Origin: Eledone cirrhosa
Taxonomy: Eukaryota
Reading direction: 5' to 3'
NCBI GenBank assembly: GCA_964016885.1
Contig: OZ024741.1
Location: 3,720,001-3,784,000 of the forward strand
Length of the DNA: 64,000 nucleotides
The notes below the pieces were generated by a model that had not been told where the DNA came from, did not search any database, and saw nothing but the letters and a program-made list of their open reading frames with translations. Below, piece after piece: positions 23,601-35,419 of this stretch (its first letter is position 1; each line of letters opens with the position of its first letter). The translations under genes and the position numbers were made by a program.

Positions 23601-25539
23601 TTCTATCAGTATCTGTACGGACATCAGTTTATACTCGTAACTGACCACAAGCCACTGACATCACTGTTCAGTCTGAGCAAAGGAACGCCACTTCTCGCTG
23701 CTAACCGACTAGCACGGTGGGCCCTGTGGCTGAACCGATTTGACTACACCATTGAATATCGGAAAACAGCGGATCATGGCAATGCAGATGCCCTCAGTCG
23801 CTTGCCATTTGGTAATGACATCGACTTTGACAGGAAGGAAAATGGTGAAGACATGGACATGGTGTGCGCCATCAAAGCTCTCAGTCTTCAAGTCCAACCT
23901 ATCGATGCTAACGTCCTCCGTCAAGAGTCAGGGAAAGATCCAGTGATATCTACAGTGATACGCTACGTCCGTGAAGGCTGGCCACCAAAGAATACTGAGA
24001 TCAATGACGAAGTCAATAAGTTCTGGAAGTTATCGGATTCACTCAGTATCTGCCACGGATGCCTTATCCATGGATCGAGAGTTGTGATTCCACATAGCTT
24101 ACAGCCAAAGATTCTCAATCTTCTGCATCTCGGACACTTTGGCATAGAGCGCATGAAACAATTGGCAAGAACTGCTGTTTATTGGCCTGGTATCGATGCT
24201 GCTATAGAGAAAACCAGTCGACAATGTGATTCGTGTGGTGAACATCAAAACCAGCCATCCAAGTCTCCAGTTCACCCATGGATGTTACCTGAAAAGCCGT
24301 GGCGCCGCTTACACCTGGACCACGCAATAAATTTCATGGGCAGTAATTGGTTGGTGATCACGGATGCTTATTCCAAGTATCCATGCATTCATCCTACGTC
24401 ATCCACGTCCTTCAGAGCCACTTTAGATCTGCTTGAAGAAGACTTTGCGCACTTCCGATTTCCTCACACGCTAGTCACCGATAACGCACCAACTTTTATT
24501 TCTGAGGAATTCCAGAGCTGGTGCAAAGAACGTGGGATCACGCACCTGACAGGGGCACCTTACTACCCAGCTACTAACGGAGCAGCGGGACGTTTGGTGC
24601 AGACCTTCAAACAAGCTCTGAAGAAGACTTCTCTTCCGCCGAAGCGAGCACTTCAAGAGTTCTTGATGCAGTACCGGAGAACACCGACATCCAGTGGATT
24701 CTCTCCGAGTGAACTTTTGAATCACCGGCAGATACGGACAAGGATTGATTCTCTGCTGCCCTCGCCAGCACACATCGCTCAAGGCAAGCAGTCTAAAGAA
24801 GCATATAAGTCTCAGATGACTGCGGACTCGGCAGGTGTCGCTAAGGTTACCAGGCAGTACAAGGCTGGGGATCCTGTGTATGCACTGTACTACGGACCTG
24901 GCCGAGACAAAGATCCCCGATGGGTACCAGCAATTATTAAGAAGTCATTGGGTACTCGCTGCTTCAACGTTAAGGTCATACCTCATGGCCCGGTGTGGAG
25001 ACGACACTGGGAACAGCTGCAACCGCGGTACACTACTGAGGAAGACAATGAACCTGGTGATGCAGTAGACACTGTTTTTGAATTTGCAACAGATCACCCG
25101 ATGGACATCTCGGAAATCGTGCCACTAACTCCAAGACAGACCAGACCTTGTTGCCCGTTCCAGAGTATGGACCAGACAATCGAAGACGGTCCAAGAGAAC
25201 TCGTAAACCCCCAGAGAGATTTTACTGTTGATGCTTCTTTTGTCGCATCAATTTCGGTGGGGAGGTGTTGTATGGACTGGGAATCGAACTCACAACCTCA
25301 TTGTTGTATGGACTGTTAAATTCGTTTTGTTCGGTTTGCACGTGCTCACACATTTGCATATGGGTCACGTGACCTGGGCATTCGGTCAGCGTTGGTATTA
25401 AAAACTCGGTCACAGATTACTTACTTACTTTATGTTCTTCTGCTACTGCGAGGAGGGGCGTTTTGGTTGTTTCGCAAATTACACAAATTATTTTGATATA
25501 ACTCGTGTTTTCTCTGCGAGTACCGAGAGGAATACAACA
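20633..25539 (+). mobile_element. Full-length Ty3/Gypsy LTR retrotransposon
   Basis: 274-bp LTRs (20633-20906, 25266-25539; TG...CA; about 5 differences), 5-bp TSD CTAAC, PBS-like TGGCGTCGCC, purine tract GGTGGGGAGG, domain order PR-RT-RH-INT. Confidence 0.97.
20970..25319 (+). CDS. Gypsy gag-pol polyprotein (single ORF, probably defective)
   Basis: Zn knuckle region CYRCGKAH..C / CHFCDKKGH..C, protease LDTA, RT IQDD, RNase H CDA..EALA..TDHKPL, integrase HHCC and D,D with the catalytic E replaced (NGAAGR). The ORF runs into the 3' LTR, implying a late frameshift. Confidence 0.9.
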   Translation: MAEQQTAELIKLFREQMEQQSLLASQQMQQHKKDMDTLIKLFGARDSEQQSLLASPVASTPTAFIPPFAAFDSTTELWPDYWSRFCTFVAANAVPEQRMAQVFLTNQTAAIYKQLANPAAQQNQPKNINKLTIDKIVDFMKEQFDPKLFIVKERFKFWSDMQRKPGETLQELAARIRQDAATCDFPSITNLQDEALRQRFICSVNNEAVLKAIFKIKDTELDFARAVQVAIVTEDAAKVAKETVYGSKTKQVYKVQQNKNKGPRKNYQQSYSTDQEMCYRCGKAHKATDCPFKEAKCHFCDKKGHLQAVCRKKQHQQRNHRSQNYVKRITKAELVKVILGEVPHDTHSLNGPITIQNRLFTMELDTATTGNFVSLSVWKQLGKPKLQDVKHRFESASKHDLPVLGTFMGQTKDPTTSKRNSIPYIVTKIPDLNLLGRNAIQTLGISVDNALGLKSIDSQAKNEGAEVMHPKTSNEPYISMQRDCHNMCDEFPDLFKQELGCLNDFELEVKFKSDATPVFHKARPVPFALRDDLAKGYEEGIAKGIWKPVQFNEYGTPVVPIRKAHTSGNLKPKLRICGDYSVGINDQLADHRHPMPLPEELMQKLGGGFGYTKIDLADAYNQIKLAPESQRRLALSTHRGVLLQEQERLPFGIKSAPGYFQEIMENLTQDLPGVAVIQDDMLVSGKDANDHLNNLKCLLTRLCDKGLRYRRDKCQFALPSVEYLGHTLSAEGIAKGSKVEAVLKMPPPTNVSSLKSFLGSVQFYGKFIPNLASMAEPLYCLTKKTTTWKWGDEEQSAFDQLKNVISSDRVLIHFDPNKTLGLACDALNVGIGAVLFHRYPDGSERPISNVSKTLTSAQRNYGQIQKEALAIIFGLQKFYQYLYGHQFILVTDHKPLTSLFSLSKGTPLLAANRLARWALWLNRFDYTIEYRKTADHGNADALSRLPFGNDIDFDRKENGEDMDMVCAIKALSLQVQPIDANVLRQESGKDPVISTVIRYVREGWPPKNTEINDEVNKFWKLSDSLSICHGCLIHGSRVVIPHSLQPKILNLLHLGHFGIERMKQLARTAVYWPGIDAAIEKTSRQCDSCGEHQNQPSKSPVHPWMLPEKPWRRLHLDHAINFMGSNWLVITDAYSKYPCIHPTSSTSFRATLDLLEEDFAHFRFPHTLVTDNAPTFISEEFQSWCKERGITHLTGAPYYPATNGAAGRLVQTFKQALKKTSLPPKRALQEFLMQYRRTPTSSGFSPSELLNHRQIRTRIDSLLPSPAHIAQGKQSKEAYKSQMTADSAGVAKVTRQYKAGDPVYALYYGPGRDKDPRWVPAIIKKSLGTRCFNVKVIPHGPVWRRHWEQLQPRYTTEEDNEPGDAVDTVFEFATDHPMDISEIVPLTPRQTRPCCPFQSMDQTIEDGPRELVNPQRDFTVDASFVASISVGRCCMDWESNSQPHCCMDC

Positions 25540-26862
25540 CTAACCATTACCAGAATAGCACCACCACCACCACTCTAACCATTACCAGAACACCACCACC
25601 ACTCTAACCATTACCAGAAAACCACCACCACCACCACTCTAACCATTACCAGAACACCACCACCACCATCTCTAACCATTACCAGAAAACCACCACCACC
25701 ACCACTCTAACCATTACCAGAACACCACCACCACCACTCTAACCATTACCAGGACACCACCACCACCATCTCTAACCATTACCAGAAAACCACCACCACC
25801 ACCACTCTAACCATTACCAGAACACCACCACCACCATCTCTAACCATTACCAGAAAACCACCACCACCACCACTCTAACCATTACCAGAACACCACCACC
25901 ACCATCTCTAACCATTACCAGAAAACCACCACCACCACCACTCTAACCATTACCAGAACACCACCACCACCACTCTAACCATTACCAGAACACCACCACC
26001 ACCACCACTCTAACCATTACCAGAACACCACCACCACCACTCTAACCATTACCAGAATAACACCACCACCACTCTAACCATTACCAGAACACCACCACCA
26101 CTCTAACCATTACCAGAATAACACCACCACCACTCTAACCATTACCAGAACACCACCACCACTCTAACCATTACCAGAACACCACCACCACCACTCTAAC
26201 CATTACCAGAACACCACCACCACCACCACCACTCAAACCATTACCAGAACACCACCACCACCACCACTCTAACAATTACCAGAACACGACCACCACCACT
26301 TTAACCATTACCAGAACACCACCACCACCTCCACCACTCTAACCATTACCAGAACACCACCACCACTCTAACCATTACCAGAATAACACCACCACCACTC
26401 TAACCATTACCAGAACACCACCACCACTCTAACCATTACCAGAACACCACCACCACTCTAACCATTACCAGAACACCACCACCACTCTAACCATTACTAG
26501 AACACCACCACCACCACTCTAACCATTACCAGAACACCACCACCACCACTCTAACCATTACCAGAACACCACCACCACCACTCTAACCATTACCAGAACA
26601 CCACCACCACTCTAACCATTACCAGAACACCACCACCACCACTCTAACCATTACCAGAACACCACCACCACTCTAACCATTACCAGAACACCACCACCAC
26701 CACTCTAACCACTACCAGAACACCACCACCACTCTAACCATTACCAGAACACCACCACCACGCTCACTGTAACCATTACCAGAATAATACCACCACCACT
26801 CTAACCGTTACCAGAATAACACCACCACCACTCTAACCATTACCAGAACACTACCACCACCA
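25540..26862. repeat. Satellite CTCTAACCATTACCAGAA(CAC)n, variable unit of about 27-39 bp
   Basis: About 40 tandem units with a variable CAC tract. Confidence 0.95.
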
Positions 26863-27169
26863 TTTTGTCTCTTTAACTCTTAACACCCTGTATCACATAA
26901 ACTCTATTACACTAAAGTCTGTAGTTTACTGTAAATATTCACAATGTCCACCAGTAAAGATACTATAAACATTTGAATTAACCAACCCACTTTTAGATAT
27001 TTCTATATCATTACAGGATATTATGAGTTAATCAGTTAATAACTAGAATTAGTTTAATAACTTGATCAGGGATAAGCTGGAGAGGAACAGGGAATTTCAC
27101 AAGTAGCCCTTTTTATTATGATTAGGATATTTTGCCTTGTTAATCAGAAGACAAGGGAGCCTCATGTCA

Positions 27170-29310
27170 GCAGAGGGAAACACTTTCCCTACAAATGTGG
27201 GACTACCTCTTAATAGTTAACACTCTCCCTACATATGTAGGACTACTTCTGTTAATAGTTAACACTCTCCCTACATATGTGGGACTACCTCTTGATAGTT
27301 AACACTCTCCCTACATATGTGGGACTACCTCTGTAAATAGTTAACACTCTCCCTACATATGTGGGACTACCTCTGTAAATAGTTAACACTCTCCCTACAT
27401 AAGTGGGACTGCCTCTATGATAGTTAACACTCTCCCTACATAAGTGGGGCTGCCTCTCTTCATAGTTAACACTCTCCCTACATAAGTGGGACTGCCTCTA
27501 TTGATAGTTAACACTCTCCCTACATAAGTGGAACTGCCTCTCTTCATAGTTAACACTCTCCCTACATAAGTGGGACTGCCTCTCTTGATAGTTAACACTC
27601 TCCCTACATAAGTGGAGCTGCCTCTCTTCATAGTTAACACTCTCCCTACATAAGTGGAGCTGCCTCTCTTCATAGTTAACACTCTCCCTACATAAGTGGG
27701 ACTGCCTCTATGATAGTTAACACTCTCCCTACATAAGTGGAGATGCCTCTCTTCATAGTTAACACTCTCCCTACATAAGTGGAGCTGCCTCTCTTCATAG
27801 TTAACACTCTCCCTACATAAGTGGGACTGCCTCTCTTCATAGTTAACACTCTCTCTACATAAGTGGGACTGCCTCTCTTCATAGTTAACACTCTCCCTAC
27901 ATAAGTGGAGCTGCCTCTCTTGATAGTTAACACTCTCTCTACATAAGTGGAGCTGCCTCTCTTCATAGTTAACACTCTCCCTACATAAGTGGGACTGCCT
28001 CTCTTGATAGTTAACACTCTCCCTACATAAGTGGAGCTGCCTCTCTTCATAGTTAACACTCTCCCTACATAAGTGGAGCTGCCTCTCTTCATAGTTAACA
28101 CTCTCCCTACATAAGTGGGACTGCCTCTCTTGATAGTTAACACTCTCCCTACATAAGTGGAGCTGCCTCTCTTCATAGTTAACACTCTCCCTACATAAGT
28201 GGGACTGCCTCTCTTCATAGTTAACACTCTCCCTACATAAGTGGAGATGCCTCTCTTCATAGTTAACACTCTCCCTACATAAGTGGAGATGCCTCTCTTC
28301 ATAGTTAACACTCTCCCTACATAAGTTGGGCTGCCTCTCTTCATAGTTAACACTCTCCCTACATAAGTGGGACAGCCTCTCTTGATAGTTAACACTTTCC
28401 CTACATAAGTTGGGCTGCCTCTCTTCATAGTTAACACTCTCCCTACATAAGTGGAGCTGCCTCTCTTCATAGTTAACACTCTCCCTACATAAGTGGGACT
28501 ACCTCTTGATAGTTAACACTCTCCTTACATAAGTGGAGCTGCCTCTCTTCATAGTTAACACTCTCCCTACATAAGTGGAGATGCCTCTCTTCATAGTTAA
28601 CACTCTCCCTACATAAGTGGGACTGCCTCTCTTGATAGTTAACACTCTCCCTACATATGTGGGACTACTTCTGTTAATAGTTAACACTCTCCCTACATAT
28701 GTGGGACTACCTCTTGATAGTTAACACTCTCCCTACATAAGTGGGACTGCCTCTCTTGATAGTTAACACTCTCCCTACATAAGTGGAGCTGCCTCTCTTG
28801 ATAGTTAACACTCTCCCTACATAAGTGGAGCTGCCTCTCTTGATAGTTAACACTCTCCCTACATGAGTGGAGCTGCCTCTCTTCATAGTTAACACTCTCC
28901 CTACATAAGTGGGACTGCCTCTCTTCATAGTTAACACTCTCCCTACATAAGTGGAGCTGCCTCTCTTCATAGTTAACACTCTTACTACATAAGTGGAGCT
29001 GCCTCTCTTCATAGTTAACACTCTCTCTACATAAGTGGGATTGCCTCTCTTGATAGTTAACACTTTCCCTACATAAGTGGAGCTGCCTCTCTTCATAGTT
29101 AACACTCTCCCTACATAAGTGGGGCTGCCTCTCTTCATAGTTAACACTCTCCCTACATAAGTGGAGCTGCCTCTCTTCATAGTTAATACTCTCTCTACAT
29201 AAGTGGAGCTGCCTCTCTTCATAGTTAACACTCTCCCTACATAAGTGGAGCTGCCTCTCTTCATAGTTAACACTCTCCCTACATAAGTGGAGCTGCCTCT
29301 CTTCATAGTT
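27170..29310. repeat. Satellite, 42-bp unit (TAGTTAACACTCTCCCTACATAAGTGGAGCTGCCTCTCTTCA)
   Basis: About 50 tandem units; source of the spurious MKRGSSTYVGRVLT ORFs. Confidence 0.97.
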
Positions 29311-29865
29311 TAATACTTCAGTAGAAAATAGGAATTTAAGTTTCTTACTGAAAGATTAATTAAATTAAAGATTCATTATTTTCTCAGCACAGAGGCTCAC
29401 CCACCCACAGGTTCTTATACACTTGTAATTTACCCATGGGTACTAAAAAGGTTACACCACCTCTGCTCTACACAGTCACTTGAGCTGTTAGATATAGCAA
29501 CCAAATGTCCCTCAAAGTATACCATTCTTTCTTATAAAAGTATGTATTAGATTATATTGCTTGGGGTACACTGTTAAAGAGAGGAAAGACAATATGATAG
29601 TGGCTAAACCTTTGATCTGTCTTCAGAGCTAACTTGGGATAAAACAACCAATAATAGGGACAACCAATCTCCTATCAGAGATACAATGTTTTATATAACA
29701 GCTACACACACACAAATCAGAAATAATTATGTGGTGAGGTAAAGATATCATTATCACTATTAAACATCTATTTTATCTGCTTGCATGGGTTAGACACATT
29801 GTCACATTATGAGGCCAGACAAGATAGGTAACCACATCTTATTCACACTCTCCATTTTTAGTTTC

Positions 29866-31718
29866 GTTTTCTACAGCTAAATGTCCTATACCAACCATGT
29901 AGTTTCTACAGCTAAATGTCCTATACCAACCATGTAGTTTCTACAGCTAAATGTCCTATACCAACCATGTAGTTTCTACAGCTAAATGTCCTATACCCAC
30001 CATGAAGTTTCTACAGCTAAATGTCCTATACCAACCATGTGGTTTCTACAGCTAAATGTCCTATACCCACCATGCAGTTTCTACAGCTAAATGTCCTATA
30101 CCAACCATGTGGTTTCTACAGCTAAATGTCCTATACCCACCATGCAGTTTCTACAGCTAAATGTCCTATACCAACCATGTGGTTTCTACAGCTAAATGTC
30201 CTACACCCACCATGTGGTTTCTACAGCTAAATGTCCTATACCCACCATGTGGTTTCTACAGCTAAATGTCCTATGCCAACCATGTAGTTTCTACAGCTAA
30301 ATGTCCTATACCCACCATGTAGTTTCTACAGCTAAATGTCCTATGCCAACCATGTGGGTTCTACAGCTAAATGTCCTATACCAACCATGTAGTTTCTACA
30401 GCTAAATGTCCTATACCCACCATGTAGTTTCTACAGCTAAATGTCCTATGCCAACCATGTAGTTTCTACAGCTAAATGTCCTATACCCACCATGAAGTTT
30501 CTACAGCTAAATGTCCTATACCAACCATGTGGGTTCTACAGCTAAATGTCCTATACCAACCATGTAGTTTCTACAGCTAAATGTCCTATACCCACCATGC
30601 AGTTTCTACAGCTAAATGTCCTATACCAACCATGTGGTTTCTACAGCTAAATGTCCTATACCAACCATGTGGTTTCTACAGCTAAATGTCCTATACCAAC
30701 CATGTGGGTTCTACAGCTAAATGTCCTATACCAACCATGTAGTTTCTACAGCTAAATGTCCTATACCCACCATGCAGTTTCTACAGCTAAATGTCCTATA
30801 CCAACCATGTGGTTTCTACAGCTAAATGTCCTATACCCACCATGTGGTTTCTACAGCTAAATGTCCTATACCAACCATGTGGGTTCTACAGCTAAATGTC
30901 CTATACCCACCATGCAGTTTCTACAGCTAAATGTCCTATACCAACCATGTGGTTTCTACAGCTAAATGTCCTATACCCACCATGCAGTTTCTACAGCTAA
31001 ATGTCCTATACCAACCATGTGGGTTCTACAGCTAAATGTCCTATACCCACCATGTAGTTTCTACAGCTAAATGTCCTATACCCACCATGTAGTTTCTACA
31101 GCTAAATGTCCTATACCCACCATGCAGTTTCTACAGCTAAATGTCCTATACCAACCATGTGGTTTCTACAGCTAAATGTCCTATACCCACCATGAAGTTT
31201 CTACAGCTAAATGTCCTATACCAACCATGTGGTTTCTACAGCTAAATGTCCTATACCAACCATGTGGTTTCTACAGCTAAATGTCCTATACCCACCATGC
31301 AGTTTCTACAGCTAAATGTCCTATACCAACCATGTGGTTTCTACAGCTAAATGTCCTATACCCACCATGTGGTTTCTACAGCTAAATGTCCTATACCGAC
31401 CATGTAGTTTCTACAGCTAAATGTCCTATACCCACCATGTAGTTTCTACAGCTAAATGTCCTATACCCACCATGTAGTTTCTACAGCTAAATGTCCTATG
31501 CCAACCATGTAGTTTCTACAGCTAAATGTCCTATACCCACCATGAAGTTTCTACAGCTAAATGTCCTATACCAACCATGTGGTTTCTACAGCTAAATGTC
31601 CTATACCCACCATGCAGTTTCTACAGCTAAATGTCCTATACCAACCATGTAGTTTCTACAGCTAAATGTCCTATACCCACCATGTGGGTTCTACAGCTAA
31701 ATGTCCTATACCAACCAC
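29866..31718. repeat. Satellite, 35-bp unit (TTTCTACAGCTAAATGTCCTATACCAACCATGTAG)
   Basis: About 50 tandem units embedded in a degenerate RTE-type 3' tail. Confidence 0.97.
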
Positions 31719-31964
31719 GTCACTGTGTGTACTGGAAGCAGTTCATCATAGACTCCACCACTACCACTTTGCAGGGCAGGCTGGCTTGCTTTTCATCATG
31801 GCACCAGCACTACCACCTCACACGGTGGATTGAATCATTATTATTATTATTGAGGTTAGCTTTGCTTATCATCCTTACAGGGTTGATACAATAAAGTACC
31901 AGTAACACACTGAGGTCAATGTAATAGACTTTCCCCTCCCCCCAAATTGCTGCCTTGTGCCTAA

Positions 31965-32150
31965 GGGCGGTCAATTGGCAGTATCAGTAGAGGGTGGACA
32001 TGCTTTCCAACATAGTTACGGCCCTTTATGGTCCGAGTTCAAATCCCGCCGAGGTTAACTTTACCTTTCATGCTTACAGGGTCGATAAAATAAAGTACCA
32101 GTAATATCACTGGGTAATTGCTGGCCTTGTGCCAAAAGTAGAAACAATTA
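31965..32150 (+). mobile_element. tRNA-derived SINE, family 2
   Basis: B-box GAGTTCAAATCCC, GGGTCGATAAAATAAAGTACCAG, tail AAAGTAGAAACAATTA; a truncated related fragment lies just upstream (31853-31963). Confidence 0.8.
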
Positions 32151-32509
32151 TAATTATATTATCATATACTGAACAGCAGAATCATTAGAGCATCAGACAG
32201 AATACCTTGTGGTACTTATTACAACCCATTACTTACTGGGTTCAAATCCTGCTGATGTTAGGGTTAATTTGATTTTTATACTTCAAGGGTTGGGGATGGG
32301 TATCAGGGTTCAATAAAATTAAATACCAGATCAATACTGAGGAAAATTTAATATCCTTATCTTTCAATGCCAATAACTAAAGTGTTTTAACCATTAAGGG
32401 GTCAACATGCAGTATATGTAGCTGAGCTCTCGGACTCTTACAAAGTGCTGAGAAGATAAAGTTAATATAAAGAATGATGTGCTCATGTGTGGAGATGCTA
32501 TCTATTTAA

Positions 32510-32728
32510 TCCTTTAGCATTCACATTACTCTACATATACTTTTGTATTTTTGTGGTAAAGGCTTTATCTCACAATTATCTCACATAATATCGAATCTAT
32601 GAGATTTTGATATTATTTATTTTGAGAACAATACCTTTACATAAATATGAGTGGTCATTTACAGCCGGTTTGAACAGAAAGAGGTGAGAGAGATCTGGCT
32701 GGATACGGCCGGTTTAAATGCTAAAGGG
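32510..32728 (-). mobile_element. TTAA-type (piggyBac) MITE, intact
   Basis: Reverse complement of the 19114-19318 family; TTAA on both sides. Confidence 0.88.
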
Positions 32729-32924
32729 TTAAGACAATAAGAGTTGTCAAGGTCCTTAGCTTAATGGTTAAAAGTACCTAACCAGTATCAGGGAGATATA
32801 GGGTTCAATTCTTCATAGCAGCCAACGGCAACTTCTTTTTCAGTCTTCACCCTATCTTATCTTCTCAGTAATTTATAAGAGTCCAACAGATCAGCTACAC
32901 AACGCTTATTATAATTTAAACAAT

Positions 32925-33470
32925 GACATGACCATCTTCCCGTTCCGTGGTGGCAAACCTCTCGTCTGGGATGCCACTTGCACCAACACTTTCTCCAGCC
33001 GCAACCTGGTGCAGTCTGCGACTAACCGAGGTTCTGCTGCACGTCGGGCTGAGGAGGCCAAACTCTCCAAATACTGGTCACTCTCCGACAAGTTTGCGGT
33101 TGTACCCCTGGCAGTAGAGACTTCTGGTGTCCTCGGCCCTAGGGCTACCTCCCTACTCACCATCATAGTCTCTGAGCTGGCTACTCTTAGCAGTGGAGAC
33201 TTCTGGTGTCCTCTGCCCTAGGGCTACCTCCCTACTCACCACCATAGGCGCTGAGCTGGCCAGCTGCAGGTGTGAGCCCCGCGAGTTGGAATGGCTTTTC
33301 CAGCACGTCTCCCTTGCCGTCTTCCAGGGAAACGCCTTCTCCATTCTGTCCACCGGGGCTGTGGGGAGGCCACCAATATGATTGACTGACTTGTCATTTC
33401 ATCAGTCAGATGTTTTTAGACATGTATCACTGTTGTTTTAACGTTTATTATATAACTAAATATATCTAAA
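32925..33470 (+). mobile_element. 3' fragment of a CRE-like non-LTR retrotransposon (restriction-like endonuclease)
   Basis: GKPLVWDAT...AEEAKLSKY...PLAVETSGVLG...SLAVFQGNA, with an internal duplication. Confidence 0.8.
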
Positions 33471-33504
33471 CATGTGAGTTTCCAGAAACAATTTAAATAC
33501 AATA

Positions 33505-33826
33505 GGAGGCACATGGCTTAGAGCATTGGCCTTGCAATCGAAAGGTTGTGAGTTCAATTCTCAGACCGGGTGATGTGTTGTTTCCTTGTGCAAGAGACTT
33601 TAATTCAAATGGCTCCAGTTTACTCAGCCGTAGAAATGAGATGATAGGGACTGGGGTCCATATCAGTCCACTGCAAAGTGGTCGTGGAGGTGCCACAGCA
33701 AAAAAGCACCCAGCACTCACTGTAAATGAGGTTGGTGTTAGGAAGGGCATCCAGCTGTAGAAATCAAGCCAGAATCAGTTCCCATCCCACCCTTGCAAGC
33801 AGGGAAAAGCGGACGTATGATGATGA
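33505..33826 (+). mobile_element. CORE-type tRNA SINE with RTE-like tail
   Basis: Reverse complement of the 1837-2172 family; (TGA)n tail. Confidence 0.85.
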
Positions 33827-34389
33827 TTCTATTATTGATTTCATTTTTTTTCAATGAGGGGAGGGGCAATTACTCACTTCATGAAAACCTTGTAAATTAG
33901 TAAACAGGTGTTGGGTGACCCCCAGGTCAGTCCTGACCAGTAAACAGGTGTTGTTTGACCCCCAGGTCTGCCCTGATTAGTAAACAGTTTGACCAAGAAG
34001 TCAGTCCTGACCAGTAAACAGGTGATGTTTGATCCGCAGGTCAGCCCTGACTGACCAGCAGACCAGTTATCAAAAGTATTCCAGCCATGACAACCGATCT
34101 TTTTCTCAAATATTGCGTCTCTATGCCCCCCCCCCTCTCACCCGCTATTTTTTTCTAGACACTAGGGTGTATGTAATATAAAGAAGATTTGGCTGCTGTT
34201 TCTAGCTGATCAAGCACCTTTATAGAGTAGAGACGTCTTCGCTTGTACATATTATAAACAGCAATATATTATGTAAAGTATTTTACGGGTTATTCTAAGT
34301 TACAATTAAATAGTGACTCAACAATAGACCAACAATGTATAAAGAATATTAGGTTTTATTATAAAAAGACATCCCACCAATATCAGGAG

Positions 34390-34785
34390 GAAATATTTAT
34401 TTTGCTTTGTGTTTTTTTCGTGTGCAATCAATTAAACTTAAAGACCTTTTTTCCTCAGAAAAGAAAGGGGGTTCTTTAACCTTTTCCCCCTCGGTTTTTT
34501 TTTTGTGTTAACAATTAATCTCACCTCCGAACATGCTGCAAACCACACAGGGGTGGGTTACGGGGTAAAGAAAACTCCGGGGGGGGGGGCAGGAATAAGG
34601 TTCGTCCTCCCGTTCCCGGAGAAAACGTCCTTAGCAGTGTGTTCGAAGATAAGGTTAGTTGGTAACACACGAAAAAAAAAAAGGGAAAAATTGGTAAAGA
34701 AAACTCCTATTTCCGGGGAAAGGTCCTTTGCACCATATTATGGGGTAAATTCGATTGATGGCACGCGGAACAAAATTATTTTTCA
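34390..34785 (+). ncRNA. Candidate structured RNA of unknown family (long branched fold-back)
   Basis: Nested complementary blocks with many G-U pairs on the + strand; no motif of SRP, 7SK, RNase P/MRP or a telomerase template recognised. Confidence 0.45.
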
Positions 34786-35419
34786 CTGAAATCGGGTGTC
34801 TGTCTAAAAATGTACCGAATATTACGACACGAACAGTATATATATACACACATATATATATTGTTTGAATAGTTATTTCTTCAAAGTTACTCATATATTT
34901 CAAACTATGTCATTTGTACATATAGGCTGAACATTTATGTAATTATATGCAAGAAATATATTATTTTTATCTTTAATCACTCCCATGTCAGTAATCACCG
35001 TAAACTATAGGGTTTCTCTTGTGTAAATTAAATTTATCAAAACTCAAATTTCCCAGTTTGTATATGGCATTCTAATCCTAGACTCCAAAAAATAAATTCA
35101 TTCAACGCTATTGCCATCATTACTAGTTTCACTGGTCCTCTAGTGTGTTTATATATATATATATATACAGTCCCTTCTTCCGATAGCTCCGTTAACAAAT
35201 ATATAAATATCCAACAAATATCTTATATTAAGCGTAATTCTTAGAACAAACCAACGTGTCTTTCTATTACAGGACTATTATTGATACTAATATCTCTAGT
35301 CACACCTGAAAAAAGTAAATTTTGAGTCGATCGTTTAAAAAAAGAGAACAAAACATAATGCATATTGAAATTTAATATTTAACGACATTAAACTAAAGAA
35401 AATATAAAATTTAACTTAC

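Noticed and set aside
25540-26862. Possible interstitial telomere
   Set aside because: The unit contains CTAACC but no tandem CCCTAA.
27395-29306. MKRGSSTYVGRVLT repeat ORFs
   Set aside because: Translation of a 42-bp satellite; no unique coding flanks.
25540-31718. Regular arrays resembling CRISPR
   Set aside because: No unique spacers, no cas genes, eukaryotic intron context.
34390-34785. Identification as telomerase RNA, SRP RNA, 7SK or RNase P/MRP
   Set aside because: No template longer than one repeat, no SRP helix 8 or Alu motif, no P4 pseudoknot motifs found.
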